Origin: Candidatus Woesearchaeota archaeon
GTDB lineage: Archaea > Nanobdellota > Nanobdellia > Pacearchaeales > GW2011-AR1
Direction of reading: 5' to 3'
DNA: 5,523 nucleotides
NCBI GenBank assembly: GCA_964579165.1
Contig: CAZOFF010000034.1
Coordinates: 1 to 5,523 of the forward strand
Shown: positions 1 through 4,379 of the stretch, in pieces
Layout: the number at the start of each line of letters is the position of its first letter
How positions within the stretch are numbered: position 1 is the first letter of the stretch
Notes under the pieces: generated by a model
What the model was told of the DNA's origin: nothing
The model's database searches: none
Seen by the model: only the letters and a program-made list of their open reading frames with translations
Position numbers and translations under genes: made by a program

Positions 1-103
1 TACTTTGTCCCAAAAAATAAATAAATGTTGCAATAAACATTACATAAATTGCTGTTGATAGAGAATTAATAAAAGCATAACTTAAGATTTTCCCTTTCTT
101 CAT
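1..103 (-). CDS. Partial CDS, N-terminus only, continuing past the left window edge; predicted membrane protein
   Basis: Hand translation of the minus strand from the ATG at 103..101 gives MKKGKILSYAFINSLSTAIYVMFIATFIYFLGQS with no stop before position 1. The pattern is a basic N-terminus followed by a hydrophobic helix-like stretch. It is too short for the ORF track and has no recognisable family. Confidence 0.35.
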   Translation of the reverse strand, partial: MKKGKILSYAFINSLSTAIYVMFIATFIYFLGQS

Positions 104-286
104 GACAGAAAAACGAAATAAGTGTTTAAGAAGATTATGTAGGGTTTTTATATGTAGTTAAACTGCTCTGATTTATTCATAATTTTTAAAAAACATTATA
201 ATCTTTCTTGCTTGTTTTCAATTTCAGAAGAAGAAAATTATGAATTGCCTAAGATAATTAGCAACTCCTTACATTGTTGGATCTTC

Positions 287-625
287 TTAGACTTGTCTTA
301 ATTTTCCCTCACCATTCTCCATGCAGTAAATCCTTAAAGACAGTTCTGCTTCTGGTGAAACAGTTATTCCAGGAGTAAAAGTATCAGAGGTTTTTGGCTC
401 CGGAATAGCATCCATTAAATCTTCATACTTAACCCCAAAATATTTTCTCATTGATGCTAACTCTGCATATGAAGGATAATGTTCTCCTGCCATTGATTTG
501 ATTAATATCTCTGTGCTTATCCCCATATCCTTTGAAATTGTATCAAGACCTAATTCTGAAGATTTTACAAGTGTGCTTAATCTCTCACCAAATCTCTTTC
601 TTTCTTCAGAAAATCTAGTTGCCAT
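287..625 (-). CDS. XRE / Cro-C1-type helix-turn-helix transcriptional regulator (112 aa)
   Basis: The N-terminal ~65 aa (FGERLSTLVKSSELGLDTISKDMGISTEILIKSMAGEHYPSYAELASMRKYFGV) follow the HTH_3 pattern. That pattern is a helix, then a hydrophobic-G-hydrophobic-S/T recognition-helix start, then a short spacer and an x-L-x-x-hydrophobic-A/S helix. The C-terminal ~45 aa have no recognisable domain. Stop TAA is at 289..287. Confidence 0.7.
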   Translation of the reverse strand: MATRFSEERKRFGERLSTLVKSSELGLDTISKDMGISTEILIKSMAGEHYPSYAELASMRKYFGVKYEDLMDAIPEPKTSDTFTPGITVSPEAELSLRIYCMENGEGKLRQV

Positions 626-645
626 TTTAGTGATAATTACAAAAA

Positions 646-651
646 TTTATA
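646..651 (-). promoter_or_regulatory. TATA-like box (TATAAA) about 21-26 nt upstream of the XRE ATG; implies a leaderless or very short-leader mRNA
   Basis: The minus strand upstream of the ATG at 625 reads ...AATAGTATAAATTTTTGTAATTATCACTAAA-ATG. No Shine-Dalgarno-like purine run lies before the ATG. Confidence 0.3.
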
Positions 652-702
652 CTATTTAATAATTGTTATATTATTATTTGTAAATTTTATACTTATAAAC
701 AA

Positions 703-775
703 CGCCCCGACCGGGATTCGAACCCGGGTCACTGCCGTGAAAGGGCAGCATACTTGGCCTCTATACTATCGGGGC
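703..775 (-). tRNA. tRNA-Glu (anticodon UUC), 73 nt, no intron, CCA not encoded
   Basis: The minus strand folds by hand as GCCCCGA-TA-GTAT-AGAGGCCAA-GTAT-G-CTGCC-CTTTCAC-GGCAG-TGAC-CCGGG-TTCGAAT-CCCGG-TCGGGGC-G. This gives a 7-bp acceptor stem, a 4-bp D stem with two G-U pairs, a 5-bp anticodon stem, a 7-nt loop with TTC at positions 34-36, a 4-nt variable loop and a canonical T arm. Confidence 0.93.
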
Positions 776-780
776 GCGAG

Positions 781-915
781 GACACCAGAGGTTTCCTTCG
801 CTTAACCTTCCTTCACTAAAGTCACTATGACACTCAAAGTTTCTTTGCTTAACCTTCCTTCACTAAAGTCACTATGACACTCAAAGGTTTTCTCCAACCT
901 TCCTTCACTAAAACC
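781..915. repeat. Three tandem ~47-bp units (781-828, 829-875, 876-~915) starting 5 bp from the 5' end of tRNA-Glu
   Basis: The 40-nt block GCTTAACCTTCCTTCACTAAAGTCACTATGACACTCAAAG is identical at 800-839 and 847-886. The 17-mer AACCTTCCTTCACTAAA occurs at 804-820, 851-867 and 896-912, giving periods of 47 and 45. Each unit begins GACAC(C/T)CA.AG.TTTC. The array is more G+C-rich than the surrounding intergenic DNA. Confidence 0.85.
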
Positions 916-1022
916 TAAGGCGAGAACTAATCTAAATAATTAGTTTTATTCAAATCAGTTAAAAGAATTAAATTTATTTGCTTTTTAAAGCTAACTAACT
1001 AATAACAGAGTGTATCTTTTTG

Positions 1023-1226
1023 TTATCTTTTTTCAGGTATTATAAGCCATGCGATTAAATAAATTAGGATGCCTACAATAAATGCCGTGAATACTGTTAT
1101 CGCACTCCAAATTAATCTAACTATTGTTGGATCTGCATTTAGATATTCAGCAATTCCCCCGCAAACACCCCCAAGTATTCTTTCCTTCTTACTTCTATAA
1201 AGTCTTTTTTTTACCATTTTTACCAT
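1023..1226 (-). CDS. PspC-domain membrane protein (67 aa; alternative start at 1217)
   Basis: RLYRSKKERILGGVCGGIAEYLNADPTIVRLIW followed by one hydrophobic helix is the classic PspC-domain signature. The 5' end is a direct duplication, ATGGTAAAA-ATGGTAAAA, so the start could be 1226 or 1217. It lies 18 nt downstream of the preceding gene's stop. Confidence 0.85.
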   Translation of the reverse strand: MVKMVKKRLYRSKKERILGGVCGGIAEYLNADPTIVRLIWSAITVFTAFIVGILIYLIAWLIIPEKR

Positions 1227-1244
1227 TTAATTAAATTGAACTTA

Positions 1245-1532
1245 TTATATAAATTTGCTTATTCTTTCCATTGCAGTGAATGGGAAAGGTTTAGTATTTG
1301 AAACGGATGTCAAATACCTTGTAAACTTATATTTTTCAGTATTCCAATACTCACAGAATTCTGCAATATCTTTGTTTCTTTTGCCAGAAATTAAAGTTAT
1401 AAACCAATTAATTACTGCAAGCAAAATGACAAGATATCCAAAAAGAGCGAGAATAATTCCTGACGCAATCAAAACAATTATCCTCATTAAAGCTTCTTTT
1501 CTTTCTGCAGATTTCCTTTTATCTTTTGCCAT
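1245..1532 (-). CDS. DUF4389-like small membrane protein (95 aa)
   Basis: A hydrophobic helix pair is followed by WFITLISGKRNKDIAEFCEYWNTEKYKFTRYLTSVSNTKPFPF. This resembles the DUF4389 pattern (W-F-x-x-L-x-x-G-K/R ... R-Y/V-x-x-Y-L ... P-F-P-F), recalled from memory and not searched. A GAGGT Shine-Dalgarno-like motif lies just upstream. Confidence 0.7.
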   Translation of the reverse strand: MAKDKRKSAERKEALMRIIVLIASGIILALFGYLVILLAVINWFITLISGKRNKDIAEFCEYWNTEKYKFTRYLTSVSNTKPFPFTAMERISKFI

Positions 1533-1536
1533 CTTT

Positions 1537-1541
1537 ACCTC
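1537..1541 (-). promoter_or_regulatory. Shine-Dalgarno-like GAGGT, 4 nt upstream of the DUF4389-like ATG
   Basis: The minus strand reads CCAAAAGAGGTAAAG-ATG. GAGGT is complementary to the conserved CCUCC-containing 3' end of 16S rRNA. This fits an operon-internal gene. Confidence 0.45.
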
Positions 1542-1572
1542 TTTTGGTATAATAACTATGTAACTTTATCTT

Positions 1573-1773
1573 TTAAATCTTATTAGTTATATCTTTTTCA
1601 TTCTTTTCTGCAATAAGATTATTTGTTCTATCTGTTGCAGGATTATAATTAGTAGGTTTATAATTCTGACAAACCAATGGATGCCCATATGGCCCGCATA
1701 AACTAAGTCTAGTCTTTATATATTTTAAATAATCTGGAGATAATTCTTGTTCATTATTTTTTATGGATGCCAT
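1573..1773 (-). CDS. Hypothetical small protein (66 aa), doubtful
   Basis: An ORF only, with no recognisable domain. Its ATG lies 14 nt after the 3' end of tRNA-Ile, with TGATTTTATAAAAA in between. That stretch could instead be the tRNA terminator or a TATA box for the downstream operon, in which case this ORF would not be translated from this ATG. Confidence 0.3.
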   Translation of the reverse strand: MASIKNNEQELSPDYLKYIKTRLSLCGPYGHPLVCQNYKPTNYNPATDRTNNLIAEKNEKDITNKI

Positions 1774-1787
1774 TTTTTATAAAATCA

Positions 1788-1963
1788 TGAGCCTACCAAG
1801 ATTTGAACTTGGGACCCCTGGCTCTCTTAGACGTAAGAACACCTAACGGTTTTCTTACCAACTTACCCTTGAATTTGCTTCAAGAGTGATCTAAAAGATC
1901 AACAATCCTATTGGATTGACGTCATATAAGACCAGTGCTCTAACCTGGCTGAGCTATAGGCTC
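1788..1963 (-). tRNA. tRNA-Ile (anticodon UAU) interrupted by a 101-nt intron at the canonical 37/38 position; exons 1963..1925 and 1823..1788; mature length 75 nt; CCA not encoded
   Basis: On the minus strand, exon 1 is GAGCCTA-TA-GCTC-AGCCAGGTTA-GAGC-A-CTGGT-CTTATA. Exon 2 is A-GCCAG-GGGTC-CCAAG-TTCAAAT-CTTGG-TAGGCTC-A. Once the intron is removed the arms pair, with one terminal U-G wobble closing the anticodon stem. The spliced anticodon loop is C-T-TAT-A-A, so the anticodon is TAT. The discriminator is A. Confidence 0.88.
1824..1924 (-). other. Archaeal-type tRNA intron (101 nt) bounded by a helix-bulge-helix-bulge-helix (BHB) motif
   Basis: The pre-tRNA reads CTGGT-CTTA-[TAT]-GACGT...ACGTC-TAAG-[AGA]-GCCAG. 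This gives a 5-bp anticodon stem, a central 4-bp helix CTTA/TAAG flanked by two 3-nt bulges on opposite strands, and an outer 5-bp helix GACGT/ACGTC. Cutting after the second nucleotide of each bulge gives exactly the 7-nt anticodon loop. The intron interior contains further hairpins, described in the findings. Confidence 0.85.
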
Positions 1964-2192
1964 GCTGTTTGTGTTTTGTGCCTTATAGCGAATGTTAATT
2001 CTTCTTGGAGGAAGGGTTAACATAAGGGAAACCTTTGGTGTCCCCTGTGAGCTATAGGCTCGTTGTTTGTCATTTTTACTTCGATTACCTATAGCGATTA
2101 TTCTCCTTGATGGAAGTGCTCATTGACTTTCTCCTTGTAGGAGGGGTTACTGTAAGGGGAACTTCTAGTGCCCCTCATGAGCTATAGGCTCG
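1950..2192. repeat. Direct-repeat array upstream of tRNA-Ile: units 1950-2047 (98 bp), 2048-2177 (130 bp) and a truncated third unit from 2178, each headed by a copy of the tRNA-Ile 5' end
   Basis: TGAGCTATAGGCTCG is the reverse complement of tRNA-Ile nt 1-14 plus one flanking nt. It occurs at 1950-1964 (the real gene), 2048-2062 and 2178-2192. The DNA between copies is itself homologous: YTGTTTGT..., then CCT(T)ATAGCGA, then TTCTYCTTG, then a GC-rich core (2007-2047 versus 2138-2177). Unit 2 carries an extra internal partial duplication, with TTCTCCTTG at both 2101 and 2129. Confidence 0.85.
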
Positions 2193-2235
2193 TCGTTTTT
2201 TATTACTATACACAACTACTTATTCTAATCCTAAC

Positions 2236-2244
2236 ATATTTAAA
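2236..2244 (+). promoter_or_regulatory. TATA-like box ATATTTAAA centred about 26 nt upstream of the ZIP transporter ATG (leaderless mRNA predicted)
   Basis: The sequence is CATATTTAAAGG at 2235-2246, with the ATG at 2266. There is no SD-like motif in between. Confidence 0.35.
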
Positions 2245-2265
2245 GGTTTTTCCATTATTCTATTT

Positions 2266-3003
2266 ATGCTACAATATATTCTTTTAAGCAGTTTAGTGGT
2301 TAGTTTAATCTCTTTTGTTGGTCTTTTTCTCTTGTCTAAAAGGTTAAAGTCTCATAGGTTCTTATTTATTTTAGTTGCTTTTGCTGCTGGTGCAATGTTG
2401 GGAAATGTTTTTTTTCATATATTACCCGAGTCTTTAGAAAATTTAGAACCCATAAAATTCTCATTTATATTTCTCTCTGGTTTTATTGCTTTTTTTATTA
2501 TAGAAAAATTGACTCATTGGAGACATTGTCATGATCATGATTGCTCTCATAAACACGATGTTAAACCTCTTGGTTTTTTGAATCTTATTGGTGATGGAGT
2601 TCATAACTTTTTAGATGGATTACTTATTGCCATATCTTATTTAGTAAGTTTTGAAATAGGAATAGCTACGACTATTGCAATAATTGCTCATGAAATTCCT
2701 CAAGAAATAGGGGATTTCTCTATTTTGTTATTTAGTGGTTTTACAAAGAAAAAAGCTTTATTCTTTAATTTTATTTCAGCAATTTTAGCAGTTTTAGGTT
2801 CTTTAATTGGGTTTTTTGTTTTAAGAAGTGATTCTATTATAATTTATGCACTGCCTTTGGTTGGTGGTTCTTTGGCTTACATAGCAACAACAGATCTCAT
2901 TCCAGAATTACATAAAGAAACAAGATTGAGGAGATCTTTTGTTTTATTGTTATCTTTGATTGTAGGATTATTGTTATTGTATGCATTAAAAGTTTTTTTA
3001 TAA
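2266..3003 (+). CDS. ZIP-family (Zrt/Irt-like) divalent metal transporter (245 aa)
   Basis: It is a multi-helix membrane protein with a His-rich loop (HWRHCHDHDCSHKH). It carries the paired ZIP metal-site motifs GDGVHNFLDGL and HEIPQEIGDFSILL. The second resembles the HEXPHEXGD signature of the LIV-1-like branch, with Q replacing the second H. Confidence 0.92.
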   Translation: MLQYILLSSLVVSLISFVGLFLLSKRLKSHRFLFILVAFAAGAMLGNVFFHILPESLENLEPIKFSFIFLSGFIAFFIIEKLTHWRHCHDHDCSHKHDVKPLGFLNLIGDGVHNFLDGLLIAISYLVSFEIGIATTIAIIAHEIPQEIGDFSILLFSGFTKKKALFFNFISAILAVLGSLIGFFVLRSDSIIIYALPLVGGSLAYIATTDLIPELHKETRLRRSFVLLLSLIVGLLLLYALKVFL

Positions 3004-3040
3004 AATTCTCTTATAAATCTTAGACTGAATAATATAAAAT

Positions 3041-3049
3041 AATATAAAG
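3041..3049 (+). promoter_or_regulatory. TATA-like box AATATAAAG 21-29 nt upstream of the ATG at 3070
   Basis: AATATAAA is directly duplicated at 3031-3038 and 3041-3048. The second copy is at the spacing expected for a leaderless transcript starting at or near the ATG. Confidence 0.3.
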
Positions 3050-3069
3050 TTTAATTTTTTAATTAACTA

Positions 3070-3519
3070 ATGGTTTTAGAAGATAAACTTGAGAGAAGTA
3101 TTGCGGAATTAAATAGCTACAAAAATTGTGAAGACTATGAAGATTATAAAGACCTGTATTTTTATCTTAAGAAGATTGAAGTAGCAAGACATATTATTAA
3201 TGAATCTTTAAAAATAAAGCATATCTTAAAAGAGCAAGGGCCAATAACTGGTTCTGTTTTACTTGAGAAATATTTACGGCAAGCCCATCACGCGAGAAAA
3301 AATCCAGACGTTTTAGGAATGCTAATGGCAAAACAAGATTTTGATGATTGTCTTAGTTTATTAGTTAATAATTATGAGATTGATTTTTATGGCGGTTTAT
3401 ATTATCCGGAATATCAAGATGAATTTGATAAAGATTTAGATAATGAGGATAAAGATTATTGTGATGATGGTTTTTTTGGTGAAGAGAATTTTGACGACGA
3501 AGATGATGACTATGTTTAA
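3070..3519 (+). CDS. Hypothetical, strongly acidic protein (149 aa) with a D/E-rich C-terminal tail
   Basis: It is the only long ORF in this interval, on the same strand as and 66 nt after the ZIP gene, with its own TATA-like box. The last ~45 aa are dominated by D/E/F/Y (DEFDKDLDNEDKDYCDDGFFGEENFDDEDDDYV). I recognise no family. Confidence 0.6.
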   Translation: MVLEDKLERSIAELNSYKNCEDYEDYKDLYFYLKKIEVARHIINESLKIKHILKEQGPITGSVLLEKYLRQAHHARKNPDVLGMLMAKQDFDDCLSLLVNNYEIDFYGGLYYPEYQDEFDKDLDNEDKDYCDDGFFGEENFDDEDDDYV

Positions 3520-3670
3520 AATGATTAAGGCAGTTTTATTTAATATTTAACTTGCCATTTGTTAATAATTATTCTAATTATTGTTTATTTAGATTTTTTA
3601 TATGGCTGACATAATGAACAGAAATGGATTAAAAGACATATTGTCAATAATGTTGTAGATATTAGATTAG

Positions 3671-4372
3671 TTATCCTATTTTATTAATTTCTGCAATTTC
3701 TTCATGAGTTATGGAGCATCCTTTAAATTTCACGGCATATAACAATGCATCTAAAACTTCTGGGCTTTTTCCTACCCTAACTAATCCTTTTTTGTAGGCA
3801 ACATACATTAGTTCACTGGATCTTATAAATCTAAAACCTTTAAAGAAATCATAATTTTCTTTTTTTGCTGTTATATTTGCATGCAGTTTTTTTCGTAATA
3901 ACTCTTCTAAATTTTTTGGCATCTCTCCCAATACTCTTGTTGTTCTTTCATCAATACAAATAATGTTGTTTATTCCTTTTTCAGTTAGTATTCTTGATAA
4001 AGCTAAACATGAGATTTCTCCGCTTTGAAGGATTTGTATTGCTTTACTCTTTTCAAAAAAAGTATTATTTGCGACATCAATAATCTTTTTTATTTCTTTA
4101 TCTAATTCTTTATTATTGACTCCTATATCTTTTGGAAGTTGTAATACTTTTTCTTCATACAGATTCCTAAGTTTCAAAGCTTCCAACGCAAATCTTTTTA
4201 TAGTTAATGGTCTATCTAAAACTTCTCTTTTTACATCTTCAGTAATAATAAAATACCCATTAAATATTTCTTTTAATGCTTTTAATTCAGGAAACAATCC
4301 ATTCATTGCTAAACTAATTAATGATCCAGAGTCAAATATCAAAACTTTATTAAGCATATTTTTTTTAGACAT
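3671..4372 (-). CDS. PIN-like nuclease-domain protein, DUF3368/VapC-like (233 aa from the ATG at 4372; the ORF track extends to 4423)
   Basis: VLIFDSGSLISLAMNGLFPELKALKEIFNGYFIITEDVKREV, LQSGEISCLALS and NIICIDERTTRVLG place conserved acidic residues where PIN/DUF3368 domains have them: D after strand 1, a GE motif, and D-D/E-x-x-x-R. The start at 4372 (MSKKNM...) is preferred because the 4423 start would overlap the upstream gene by 44 nt. The 4372 start lies 7 nt after that gene's TAA. Confidence 0.72.
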   Translation of the reverse strand: MSKKNMLNKVLIFDSGSLISLAMNGLFPELKALKEIFNGYFIITEDVKREVLDRPLTIKRFALEALKLRNLYEEKVLQLPKDIGVNNKELDKEIKKIIDVANNTFFEKSKAIQILQSGEISCLALSRILTEKGINNIICIDERTTRVLGEMPKNLEELLRKKLHANITAKKENYDFFKGFRFIRSSELMYVAYKKGLVRVGKSPEVLDALLYAVKFKGCSITHEEIAEINKIG

Positions 4373-4379
4373 TTTAGGA

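Noticed and set aside
1255-1563. 102-aa ORF on the plus strand
   Set aside because: It lies entirely antisense to the DUF4389-like gene, which has a recognisable domain pattern and an SD. The plus-strand product is low-complexity (I/L/F/S-rich), as expected from the antisense of an AT-rich gene.
1684-1693. Local GC-rich palindrome around CCATATGG inside the small ORF
   Set aside because: The palindrome is only 8 bp and isolated, which is compatible with chance.
1824-1924. Box C/D sRNA embedded in the tRNA-Ile intron, as in some archaeal tRNA-Trp introns
   Set aside because: There is no RUGAUGA-like C box and no CUGA D box anywhere in the 101 nt. The closest string is UUGAUC.
2110-2187. 25-codon ORF (MEVLIDFLLVGGVTVRGTSSAPHEL) inside repeat unit 2
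   Set aside because: The homologous unit 1 has no ATG and no conserved frame. The ORF is a by-product of the repeat sequence.
1950-2192. CRISPR array interpretation of the 15-bp direct repeats
   Set aside because: There are only three copies, and the repeat is short and identical to a tRNA 5' end. The supposed spacers (83 and 115 bp) are homologous to one another rather than unique. No cas genes are in the window.
1964-2192. Additional complete tRNA genes or pseudogenes in the GC-rich units
   Set aside because: After the 14-nt tRNA-Ile 5' fragment there is no matching D-stem 3' strand, anticodon arm or GTTC-type T arm on either strand. I could not draw a cloverleaf.
3528-3560. Imperfect hairpin GGCAGT...ACTTGCC after the acidic ORF as a Rho-independent terminator
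   Set aside because: The stem is short and bulged, and the loop is about 20 nt. Archaeal termination relies mainly on oligo-T tracts, which are ubiquitous here, so no specific call is justified.
3602-3658. 18-codon ORF (MADIMNRNGLKDILSIML) in the convergent intergenic region
   Set aside because: It is too short, has no promoter or SD context, and lies between two convergent gene ends where terminators are expected.
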